A stretch of 64,000 nucleotides of DNA, taken from assembly GCA_001643675.2 (NCBI GenBank), contig LSRY02000013.1, positions 1,364,001 through 1,428,000 of the forward strand, written 5' to 3'. Positions 22,006 to 34,600 of the stretch are shown one piece after another. Position 1 is the stretch's first letter. Each line of letters begins with the position of its first letter. Source of the stretch: Monocercomonoides exilis PA203 (Eukaryota > Protista > Preaxostyla). The translations under genes were made by a program, and so were the position numbers. A model generated the notes under the pieces. It worked only from the letters and a program-made list of their open reading frames with translations, was not told the origin of the DNA and searched no databases.

Positions 22006-24273
22006 ATGAAATTAAAGACGGAAATGCCGAAACAGTGCAAGAATATCAGAGAGGTGGTGAATTTGTTAGATCAAGAGAAGAAAACCCTTCAGGAAACCAC
22101 ACGGGATCGTGTGACGGAGATATCGATAGAAGATGTGCGACACGAGACAACGAGAACAGAAGGAGACTCCGCATATCCCCGAGTGACGAGACAGACGAGC
22201 GAGAGGAGGAACGAGAAGATAGTTTGGAGAGCTTCTGGGATTGTTATCGGGTCCCCAATTGGGAGCGCCCTGGAGGAGAGCTCGAAGACAGTTACTGCAG
22301 ATATTCTCGAAGGAGAAGAGGATACACAGATACAGTTTGGCCACAGGACGCCAGAAGTGAAGAGGAGCATAGCGAGTGGACCACCGAAGGAGCCACTTCC
22401 TGGGAGACTAGTGAACAGATTGAATGAGTGGAAGAAGATTTGGGGAGACAAACGAGTGAGCCGTGGTTTAAGAGCTCGATGGAAAAGCCTCCAGTCTCCA
22501 ATCTTTCTCAAGGAGAGAAAACACAGACAAGAGTTTCGGGGGACGACAGAGATGACGAACAATTATTTATCCCTCTTGGAGGAGGAGTTGAAGGATTGAG
22601 TGGTGAAGCCCATACAGAATTCGGAGGTGAAGTGGTTCAACCCGACATTCATGGTGATAAAGAAAAACGGAAAGTGGAGGAAGATCCTGGATTGCAGAGC
22701 TCTAAACGAGGAAGTGCAGGGAAAACACTTCAAAATGGATTTCCAGGAAACAGTGGTGGAACTCCTGGAGGAGAAAGACTGGATGACCACTTTGGATATA
22801 TCGAGTGCATACCAGCATGTAAAGGTGGACGAGCAATTCAGTCCCTATCTGTGCTTCAGCTTTCAAAGTCAATGCTATTCTTACGTAATGATGCAATTTG
22901 GAGCAAAGTACGCGCCCAGAGTATTCGCGAAGATAATGAGACGAGCAGCCTCGTTCATCAAAGAACAGTGGAAAGTGAAGCTAGTAATATATCTGGACGA
23001 CATTCTCCTCATGCATCCAGACAGGAATGCATTGAGATTGATCTCACAGGAGGTGGCCCAGTTCCTGAGAGATCTGGGCTGGATACTGTCGGAGGAGAAG
23101 CTGAAATTGGAACCCACAATGAGTGGGGAGTTTTTGGGATGGCTGTGGAATTCAGAGAAGATGGAAGTGACGCTCCAAGAGAGGAAGAGAGTGTTGCTCC
23201 TGGAGGATGTGCGAACCTGGATAACATATGCAAAGAGAAGGAAGAGACAAAAGACGAGAGACTTCGCAGCACTTATCTGGAGGCTGAACTTTGTGAGGCT
23301 GCAACACCCACCAGCGAGCTTGTGGATGACGCGCATGCAATGGCCCGCAGGGGCTGGAACGGAACTGTTATAGTCAACCCAATGCTGTTTGGGGAATTAA
23401 CATTTTGGAAGAAGATCCTGCAAGAGAACAGACCAAGGAGCCTGAGGGGAAGAGCAAGGCCAGCAGAGTTAATAACAGACGAGTCAGAGCTGGGATGGGG
23501 TGCAGCGCTGACAATATCGACAGAGAGCAGAGAGGAGAAGATTTATGTTCACGGAAGTTGGACCCTCCAGGAGAGCACGCTTGCAATCAACGAGAAGGAG
23601 TCCAGAGCAGTATTGAGGACTCTAGAAAGGAAAGGAGCATGGCTGCAACAACAGAAGATAGACCATATTCGTCTGAAGACAGACGACATGTCGACAAGAT
23701 GGACGATTCAGAAGAAAAGAGGAGCGCCATCGCTCATTCCAACACTGAGAGCATCAGAGAAGAAATTGATCAGCCTGGACATGACGATACAGACGGAACA
23801 TCTCCCTGGAGAACAGAACACGGAGGCAGATGCACTCAGCCGGATGGCGAGAAAGTGGCAGAGATATTGCAAATTATCGCACCTAGAACACTAGATATAA
23901 TTTCAGAACAGATAGCGCTGGTGCCCTGCGGAAGTACTTGGAGGCTATTCTCTCTGAGAGGGAGACAGAGAGAGAAACGTAAGGAAGAAAAGAAGTGTTG
24001 ATCCATCCGTTCCTGAGAAACATTGGACGGGTGCTGAAAGAGAAAATGAACGAATCTCAGAGGGAACTGACGATTCTGATTCTGCCAGCCTGGCGGGGGC
24101 AGACCTGGACCCCGCTACTGCAGCCAGGGCATTCGACAAAGACCCTAGTGACCTTTCAGGAGTGCATGATACCAGGAGCGAAGATGAGAAGGGAAGGATG
24201 GAAACCACCCCCAGGAGAGGTAATAAGCGTTTTACTGGAGAGGAAAATATTCCAGGAAGTGAACTCTTTTTAG
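22006..24273 (+). pseudogene. DIRS pol (RT, RNase H, methyltransferase-like), disrupted
   Basis: WRKILDCRALN, LDISSAYQHV, YLDDILL, FLG; RNase H TDESELGWGA, INEKE, HLPGEQNTEADALSR; MT-like ILPAWRGQTW. TGA at 22597, frameshift ~23340, deletion ~23850. Confidence 0.9.
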
Positions 24274-25361
24274 CATGGGGAGAATACGTTGGAGCGAAGG
24301 ACATAGCAGCAGCAATTCAGAAAAATCAGAAGAGTGAAAGAGATACGTGGAAAGCGCTGCGAAGATTTAAGCAGTTTCTTGATAGAGAGAGCATGGACGA
24401 CACCGACCCCCTCACATCCAGAGATGACAAGTGGATTATGGTAGAGTTCCCTGAAACACTCTCGAATACGAACATGTCTTGTGAATTGATTCATCAGACA
24501 GAACAGTAAGTTCTCGATTCTATTAATCTGTTTAGAGAGACGAAAGTTGATGTAAAGGATATGGAGATATTTCAAAAGATTTATGTGGAAGAGAAGCCAA
24601 GAAGGGGCAAGCGATATAAATCAATGTGGGACTTGACAATCATCATGAAATGGGCGGAAACCACCTGCGACGCAAAGGATATACGAACACCACAAAGGAC
24701 ATCTTTCGTCCTCACCATGATATTTGGAGCTTTAAGACCAGCAGAACTGGAGAGAATGAGAAGTGAAACAACGATATTGAAAGATAATTCTATTCAGACA
24801 CAAGTACAAGCAAAAACATCCTGTGGAGAGACAGTGAAGGTTATTATTAATAAACATCCTAACCCACGTATTGAAGCTGTTGCAGCGCTCCAACGTTGGA
24901 TGGATTATGCAAAGATAACTTTTAAAGACGAGCATGTGTGGTATGATATTAGTGAGAGTCAACCTGCAAATTTGCAGAGGATTAAGGAAGAGTTAACAGC
25001 AATTCTGAGAGAGAACGGAATACCCGAAACTTTTACGGTGTACACGACAAGACACGACGTGATAACATACTTAGCAAGACAACAAGATGCAGATTGGAAA
25101 GCAATCAATGCATATGCGAGATGGGTGCCGGGTTCGAGAGTGGCCCAGGAATATTATACCGTGTTACCCGTACAAGACACAAATTGGATACTGGAGACTA
25201 TCGGCGGCCCAGTACCCCTGGCAGGGAAGGGAGACAAGTCGGAGAAGGATAGCGTAAGAAAGGATATTATCAACGAGAATACAGAATCTGAAACAAAGGA
25301 ATATACAGAAGAAGGCGCACAACTGGGGGAGAAGTGGAGATGGGCAAGAGAAAAAGATTGA
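24240..25361 (+). pseudogene. DIRS tyrosine recombinase, N-terminal part disrupted
   Basis: MWDL, GALRPAEL, AKT, YTTRH, ARW..S..AQEYY. Stop at 24507-24509. Confidence 0.82.
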
Positions 25362-28300
25362 AGAGACGAGTGCCAATTCGAGAGAGGAGGTCGCAGCATG
25401 AGAACGATATAACACAACCCCCCAAAGGTGATGAGACATCCTCCATAATTCTCCGTAGCATTATGGAGCTGACGGAGGGCAGACAGACTGCCTCACAGAA
25501 AAAGTGTGAAGCTGATCGGAGGAAACGTGGAGAGAGAAGCATAGCACAGATTGTCAGGAACGCGGAAACGTCGAAGACCCGATCAGGAACACCCCAAAAA
25601 CGTTCCAAGAATAGGAGGGAGTAGAGAAAAGGGCCGCACCTTCATCCGCAGTCCTTCTGTTCAACCGCCGCACGATATTGTGCAAGGCAGGAGTGTTTAA
25701 GATCAGAGGTGAAAAAAGAGTGAGGGATTTCAGAACTCATTATCGAGGAGCAAACCTGCTCCTAGCGTTCATAGATTCACTTTATTGCGAATTGATAGAA
25801 CGCAGTGAGACAGGATTTGCTTCGAAATAATACGAATGCAGATGGAGAGACGATAAGCGGCTGGGTGCGAAAAAAAGAAACATGCAAGTGAGAAGATGAC
25901 GAGAAAAAAGGGGCGAGACATCCAAGGGAAGAAAGAAGAATCAACCGCCCGAGGTCACAAGGTTGCACCCACAACGTGGATAAAGAAATATGGAATGAAT
26001 TGAAAGTTTTTTGAATAATCCTTCTCCTTGATTTGTTAATGAACGATTTGCAAAGAGAAGAGTCAGACTAGCCCACGCTGCGTGTGGCGAGCGGATTAGC
26101 TCTGCTGGATCAGCAGAAGAGCGGGAGGCAGAGCATATTACACGCAGTTTTCTTTTCCACGCCTTGCGGAAGCTAGAGTGGTTTTTCTTTCTGCTCCGTT
26201 TTGAGCTTTCGCCTCACCGGATCCCTGCACTGCCTGCAGGAAACAGCTCCGAGGGGAAAAGTCCCCTTCCCTCTGGTCTTCGTCCCCATGGCAAAAGGTG
26301 AAGTCTGTGGTGAAGTGAAGCAGAAAATGTGTAATTTTTTTTTGTATTAATTAATGTTATTGTTTTGTATTTTTATCTCGCCATTTTTTCCACGTCATTT
26401 TGGGAGGGCGAAGTTTTCTCTCAAACCACCCATTGTTAAAGATCAAAACTCACTATCTCGGAGAAAAATCTATATCTCTGTGTTCTATCAAAACAACAAG
26501 TTCAAAGAAAAAGATAAAAAGGCTGCTATCACAGTATTTGAGTGAGTTTTGAAAAAAAAAGGATTCATTTCACAAAAGGTTTGGTCTTGACAATAATTTG
26601 TTTTCACTAATTGATTGCTTGATAGCTGAACGGGAAATTTTGTGACAATCGTTTGTTTTCCTTTTTTGTTGAAAAAAATACAAATGGAAGTTCGAATTTT
26701 CTTCATTGTCGTTTGAATGGTTGGGATGTTTATGCGCTTCACTTTGTTGATTTGAATATTCTTTTCAACAGGATTATCTCGTTGGGAGTGAAGAGAGATT
26801 TGTAATTACAAGTGTTTATGGAAAAAACAAACAGACTCGATGAAGAAGTGAGTGAGTCAGAAAGAGAAACATTGGAGGAGGAAAAGGAGTGGAAATGGTA
26901 ATTGTTAAGAAAAGAAAAAAAAGTTGAAAAGATTGAAAAAAATAGGAAGATGAAGATGGAGGATGTAATTGAACGAAGGAAGTGTGGTGTTTGAAAGGTG
27001 ATATGAGAGAAAGAGAAATAAGTGAATGAATGAAAAGGCTGCTTTGTGGAGTGATAATCAAAATTGATCATTTATTTGTTCAAGGTGAACGATTGAAAGC
27101 ATCATTTGTCAAACAATTGTTCAATTTTTGGATAAAGACAGTAAAGAAACAAGCTTGAACGAAAATGCGATTTGGATGATGATGTTGACTTTGATGAAAT
27201 CGAAGAAGGGAGCAAAAAATGATGCGAATGAAAATGAGAGGTAAAGATTGTTTAAAAATGAAAAATGCTATTGAATTTTTCAATTTGTTTCTTTGAATAA
27301 ACAACTATTGTCAAGGAGGATACATTTAAGTGACAATTTATTCTTAACGCATATGGGATTTATCTTTTCTTTAATTCCGCATCTCTCACAAAAGGAAGAA
27401 ATGAAATGAAATCATGGATTTCAAGAATGTGACAAAAACGATAAAATCAAGAATTGCTTTGAAAGATGATCATTATCACACTGCCTTTGGTGAGTTGCAT
27501 TCTCATATATGACTGAACATTCTTTTTTGAAAGAAGTTTGGGTTGATCAAATTGAAAATTATAATATGGTTTTCGCTCGTTGAAAATGAAGGAGATGATA
27601 AATGTCACTCTTTATTTTTTTTTTTCCATTCTGTGATGAACTGTTTTTCTTGCTGAAGAAATGAAGACAAAGTTTCAACTCTTTCAAAGAAAGAAAGAAA
27701 TATTTGAAGCAAATGAAACAAAATCTGTATAAAAAAACATGTTCAAACTTTTTCACAGCCAGATGTCAATGAATGAGTATTTTTTTAAATTCAAAATATC
27801 ATTTTGATCGATTTTGTTCGAAATAAAATTTCTGAGAGTTTATTCCACCAATTCAATTTTTCATGAGTTTCAAATAAGTTATAAAGTTCTCATCATTTTC
27901 AACATGAAGAATTAAAAGCGGTAATTTTTGCTTCAAATTTTTTATCATTTTCTAAATTAAAGTTTCACTCTTCCAATATTTCAATGAATATAGAGTTTTT
28001 ATTCTGAATATTTCTAAATTAAAACGAGATTTTCACCTTTCTTCTCCTGTGAATGAAAAACACAAAAAAAGAAAATTCAAATGTGTTGAAATCTTCACAT
28101 ATATAATTATAACGGAATGAATTCAAAAGAAAATAAAAATTGAAGTGGCTTTGGATAAATCAAAAAGGTGTTAGATTGAATTTTGTGATGTTTGAGTTAC
28201 ATGAATACAAAAGTTGTGAATATACAGAAGAGGAGTTACAAGTTTATCGACAACAAATGGCCGCCGGAAAAAAAGTTGAGAAAAAGATGGAAAAAAGCTC

Positions 28301-28621
28301 TTTTTCAAGTTATTTCAAAAGCAATTGAAAAACAAAATAAAAGTCTCATGGAATAATTGTCAAAAAAAACAAAGATTGATTTTTGGATTATGTTTTGGAT
28401 AATCATCCAAATCAGGTTTTCAGTGAAGCAATGATCCAATTGCAAATTCACTTCATGAAGAACAAAAAAAAAACAAGATTGAAGAGGAATATCTGCTTCC
28501 TTTCCAATCTGGGTTTCACTCTTTATTCTTGACTGGACATACAGTTTTTTTCCAACAGCAAATGGTTTTCTCTGTTTGAAACATACAACATGAATTTTTG
28601 TGTGATCATTTTTCAACTAAT

Positions 28622-31600
28622 TCAGTTGGGAGTGTTTTGGCTGCTGATAAACGTTATTTCTGAAGAATCCAAAGATTCAGATTGCTCCTCTTTTGATTTT
28701 TCCTGAGATCCTTCTTGGTAGGTGACTGCATCAGACACTGTGAGAATCACAGCTCCAGCTGGGAATTTCTGGATGAATTCTCGTTTCAGATCACTCAGTG
28801 TTGGCCTTGCACTCTGTTTCTCACTCACCATCAATTTTATTAACTCACAAAAAGAAGAGCCACCAACTGCGGTCATATCTGTCCTCTCACCATTCACTAT
28901 CTTCTGCCCAGCCACATCTGCCTCATAATCACCAAACGGGATCTGGAGTGTCAGGCACTCCCACAGCATCATCCCGATCGAGAACACCACCGACTTCTTT
29001 GTTGCCCCCATGTTCTTGTTGATCAGCAGCTCTGGCGCCTTCCACCTCAAACACTCTTTTTTGAAGCTATCTTCATCCTCAAATGCTGATGAGGGAAGGG
29101 AGTCACTTTCATCATCATCATCACTGACAGATGTCACAACAGTTGATGATGAGATCGATGATGAATCAGAGTCATCTGATAAAAGGTCCGAATGCATGAC
29201 GATGCAGATCACCATGTGTTCTGAGAAGAGCACAATATGCGGACTCAAATTGGCAAGTGATTGGAGTGGATTTTCCATCCCATCGAAAGAGTGGAGAGCG
29301 AGATTTGCCACCCAGAACAGGATTTGGGCAGCTGTTTGCTCTCTTTGCTGAAGACTACTAATTTCCATCTCTTTCTTCTCATTTCTTCCGTGAAGCAGCA
29401 TGAAAAGCGAATCTCTCAAGTCAACAATAAGTTTTTCATGAGGCGATGAACAGGCCATCGCATCCACTAGATTCGACATCGATGAGGTGGTTGGGCACAG
29501 ATTCTCCGATCGAACAAATGTTGAATCTGAATCAGTTGTTGAAGTGGATGAAATAGATGAAATTGAAGGAGATGGTGTTCTCTTCCTTATCTCTTCTTCT
29601 TCCTCCTCAACTTTCTCCAATGCCCATTCTGGGATCTTGTCTGAATCTCTCCCCAGAATATATTCAGTTGAGCCACTCTCAGCCAGCAAATGCTCAGATG
29701 ACTCTGAATGAACCATCTCCTTTCCATTCATTCTCTTCTTGATCCTCTCTTCATTATTCTTCTCTGCCTCCCCCTCTGCTCTCCTCCACTGCTCCTCGGG
29801 CGACATCTCCATCGTCACCATTTCAATCAGTTTTGGATCTTTTCTCACTGTATCATTCACAATCTCTCTCAGCTCTTTGTTCTCATTCTTTGCCTTTCTC
29901 CATCTTACTGCAAGAATAACAGAAACAATAAGAACAATCAAAAACAGAACAACAAGGATGATAACAATGAGCAACCAATAAGATTTTCTTTCTTTTCCTC
30001 CTTCGGAAATCCTTTCATCTCCATTCACATTGGACTCACTTCTGTTTTTCAGTATCTGCGGAGAAGTCGCAACCAATTGTTTTCCAAACAGAATCATCAC
30101 AGATACCTCTGTTTCATTTGCAATCGTTGAAATATTTTCTGATGGAACTGTTCCAATCACTTCATCTTCAGATACAAAACTGTTTTCATCAAACTGATAT
30201 GTCTCAACCAACTCCACATCCCCTGTTTTGAATATCAATCTGAATGACAAATCACAAGGAAGATGAAGAGACCCCTTGAATTTCACAACAATGTTGCTGT
30301 CATTTTCAATGAGAGAGGCCTCTTCGAGTTTTGGAATGAAGAAAGATGATGATCCTTCAGCCGCTATCCCTCCAAGGGTGCATCCATCATTCAGAATCCA
30401 AAGCGAAGAATTGGGCATCACTCCATCTCCTCCTTTCAAACTCATCACATTCAATGCTCCAGAATCTGAGCAAATTATGTTTCGACGAAGTGATGGATAT
30501 CCTTCAATCGATGGATTGTTGTTCATTAACTCTCCTTTCTCAATCATCACATTTCCTCCACTCATTGTTATTCCACCTTCTGGTGAATTCGATATTGTTG
30601 TGTCTTTCATCATCAGTGAAGAATTCGCTGAATGAACAAGTGATCCACTCCATTTGCAAATTTCTTCAAAAGAATTAATTCTGTCGCTTTCCCTTTCTTT
30701 CTCAAGAACTCCAACGAATCGACACAACTCCAAAAAAACATTAGTTGAATTGCTCATCTGGATTACGCTCCCTTTGTCAGACAATGAAATACAATTCGTG
30801 CAAGTGCAGTTTGAAAGTGTTATTTGAGCAGAAGTTGAAGAAACAGAGAGAACAGAAGATCCTCCTGAATTCCTTGAACAGTTGTTGAATAAGGAGATTG
30901 TTATTGAAACAGATCCTGAATTCGAACCATGAATTGCAATGATGCAGCCCTCAGATAGCTCCACTTCATCAGCCACAACCCAATTAAATGCAACTTCTTT
31001 GCACTGCCCAATCTCAAATACATTTGATGTTGATTCAATCTGTTCCAGTCGGAAATTTGTGATGTTAATCTCATCTCCATTTAGTAGAAAAGCTGACTTC
31101 TTGAACGAAAGGAGTGACACTGAGCAGTTGTCAACATGAAGAATTCCATTTGCAATGCTCAGAAAAGTTGAGTTGAGAGCAACAGATGGAATGCTGTTTG
31201 ACTCTCCAGCAGAAGAGAAATCAACAATTGAAAGAGAAAGCTGTCCATTTGCTTCATGAATGATAGAACTTCCAGAATAACAAAATGACTGCCCAAAGTT
31301 GAATTTCAATCTCTCAAACCGAACATTCTCTGAGGTTGTGATAAGACTTCCCTCGTCTGTTATTGTTGAGCTCAGATGAACTGAAGCTACTGAGGGAGAT
31401 TGAAGTGAGCGGATGATCACATCCTTCGCTTCGCATTCTCCATTAATGATCGTCTCCTTTGAGACTAGCAGTTGAGAATATGATGAAGGAATGATGTGTT
31501 GCACTCCAACATCCATTGACTGACATGGCGCACTGAACTCTCCGCATTGCTTGCTGTCTGTGTGATTGTCTGCAACAGAAGACACAAATATCGTCTCACT

Positions 31601-34600
31601 CTGGTATCTCATAACCCTCAGCAGAAGATCTTCTTCATCCAGAAAGGAATCTGTTGTGCAGCCCCATATTGCCAGCTCCTTCACAAAAGGTGCTCTGAAA
31701 TCCAGCAAGAATTGCTCTTCAACAATCTGATTTTCGATTGAGTGGCATCTCACATACATATCTCTCCCTCTGAATGCAGAGTTGTCTTTGAATGTGATAT
31801 TTGAGAGAACAAAATTCAGAGGCTGCTCAACTGTCGAGATGCATTCCAGAAACAGCCACCCGCCTCTTCCTGTGGTTGAGCAGAAACACTCAGAAATCGT
31901 GCAAAATGAGCAATCAAATCTTCCTCCCTCATTCAACACACAAAACATCACTCCTCCTTTTCCGCACCTCGTTCCACCACATTTCTTCATCGTTGTGTTT
32001 CTTATCACCATTTTCAAAGGCTCATCATCATTGTCATTTTGGATGACTGGAATATCATTGGTTGTGTTTTGAGTGACTTCTTCGAATGAGCTCCACTCGA
32101 TAACAACATCTTGCTCCACTTCATTTTTTTCTCTCCTTGAACTCTTTGAAATGCTCAATCCGCTTGCTCCATCCAGCTCAACATTCTTCATCGTCAAGTT
32201 TTTAATGTTCAAAATCGTTGAAGATAACACAGAAATAACATCCTTTGAAAAAGATAGTAATTGCATTGTCACAAATTCCAATTGAACTGTTCCACCATCT
32301 GCCTTGATCAGCCTGTAGTTAATTATTTCTTCTCCGCTTTCTTCCATTTTAGTGAATGAGCAGTCTTTCAGAGTCAACAAGCCTTCGCTTGAATCAACAT
32401 GCATCAAAACGTTCATACGATTTTCAAATGATGTTGGGATCGCAAAGTCAATTAGTTCGAAATTGGTAATTCCCTGAATCTTCATTACAGCTTCATCTGT
32501 TCCTTCAAGTGATGAATAACATTCCAAAGAGCATTTATTTGTATCATCCGATTTTATTGAAATTCCACTGAGATCAACACTCTTCTGAAGAATTCCTTTT
32601 CCAATGATGGTTATATTCTTTTCATTTCCTCCTGGCAATCGATCCAATGAATAACCAATTGAAAGACAAGGATAATCTGAAAGTCCACAAATGCACACAT
32701 CTTTTCCATCACCTCCAATAAATATCTCTGAGCCAAATGTTCTCCAGAAATAGACCAATGGAATGGCATTCGTTGTGTCACTCCCATCAAAGCCTCTCAT
32801 GGAATTCAAGGAAATATTATCCAGATTCTCTGATACAAATGGAAGTGAGGTGTTTGTGATGCTCTTTGTCAAGTTGAATGCTTCAACGAAAAGATCATTT
32901 CCATATTTTGCAATATTTGGTTTTTCTAAATCAAAAACAGGTGATGAGATCACAAATGAAGAATAGTCATCAATCAGCTTCAGTGCCATCCCTCCACCAA
33001 AGCCAGTCTTCCCTTCTTCTCCAATTGGTGCTGAGCATTCTGTGAATGTGCATGAAATGACATTCATTTGAATGCTCCCTTTCAACTGAGCATTGATAGC
33101 CCCTCCTCTGCTTTCATCATCCAGCACAGAGCATTCATCAAAAATGCATTTTTCAATATTTATTTCACCATTTGAATTTTCATCGTTGCCATTATCAATG
33201 CTCACACAGCCTCCACTTCCAGCTGCTCTTTCTATTTCTGAAAAAGTGCAGTTCGTCATGTTCAACCATTTTATGCTCATTGACCCTGTACTTGTACTGC
33301 TTCCAGACAACGAGATCAATGGACTTCCACTCAAGTCAATCGATGAAGCAGAGAATTTGTCGATTATCAGGATCCCTGATTCAACTGATAAGAATAGAAA
33401 CGCCAATTCAGATAAAGGATTTTGAAGAGAAAGAGAACAATGAGACAAAGACAGTTGTGAAGATGATGAAATAAAAGTGGAATGCGATGAGAGAGAAGGA
33501 GGAAGAGAAAAGATGAGCTTTGATAATTCTGTTTCTATACTTGCTGTTATCATCGTTGAATTGGAAATTGAATTTGAATCAAAGACTGTCCAGCCACTTT
33601 GATTATCATTTCCTCTGATTTCATGCTTTTGTCCAGCAAAGGTCAATTCATCGCTCATCTGAATCATTCCACTCACAACAACTTTCTTTGTTCCTGTCAA
33701 CCGTGTGAGCGAATGTTTTATTGTCAAACAAGGGAATTGGGCTATTCCGCAATGCGTATGATCAGATGCCTCAGAATTGCTCACAAAGATTTCTTCTGGG
33801 GTGGGAAGGAGATAGATGCACAGAGGAATGGTCACACTCGTATTTCCATTGTCATATCCTCTCACTTTGTCAAATGAATCCAAAGAAGCTGTCACACACA
33901 AGATCTTTTTTGATTTTGCAGTCATTTCCAAATTGGGTGAAATGACAAAGATATCATTCCCCCATTTGGCTGTGTTTGTTCCGAATGAAGAAGAAATCAG
34001 GAAATTTGGATTTTCCTTTATCAGTCGAAGAAGGATTCCTCCCCCAAGACCATTGGAAGTTGAGCAATGGCACTCATCAAACGCCCCGCCTTCAACTTTC
34101 ACTTCATTCGCTTCTCCTGCACACAGCATCATCGATCCTCCATTTTCCGAACATGTGCTTCCACATCCTTCAAAGATGCAAGAATCCAGATCGATGTTTG
34201 CCTTATCGTTGGAAAACGACATCACTGCTGCTCCGCTGGTTGTTCTTTCAATCCCATCAAAGGTGCATTCTGATAGTGTCAATGAAATCTCATTTGTTGA
34301 AGAAAGCGAAATCAATGAATTTGTTGAAATTGTCTTTGCCCAATTCACATTTTCCATCTGCAACATCCCACTCTGAACATTAATAAGCTCAGTGGTGAAC
34401 ACTGTTTCTGATGATTGTCCACTTCCAGCAGATATGTTCAGTCTGCTCACATGCATCTCTCCTGCTCCTGTAATCTCAAACAGCCTTGACCCACGGTTAT
34501 TCTGATGAACCGAGTCATGCACAAGGATAATATCTCTGACTGTCAATGTTCCCACTGATACAGAAAAAAGAGACAATCCAGATGCTTCAAATTCTATTTG

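Larger units (their letters stand above)
20560..26350 (+). mobile_element. Decayed DIRS-type tyrosine-recombinase retrotransposon (termini approximate)
   Basis: Order gag, RT, RNase H, MT-like, YR in a GC-richer block with stops and frameshifts. Confidence 0.88.

Noticed and set aside
22597-22599. Programmed TGA readthrough in DIRS pol (also TGA at 42915)
   Set aside because: The two stops are at non-homologous positions where Gly (GGA) is plausible, and the first element has other lesions.
26433-26552. 12-bp inverted repeat TCAAAACTCACT/AGTGAGTTTTGA as ICR/terminus of the first DIRS
   Set aside because: No convincing matching left-terminal sequence near 20450-20600; too short to support.
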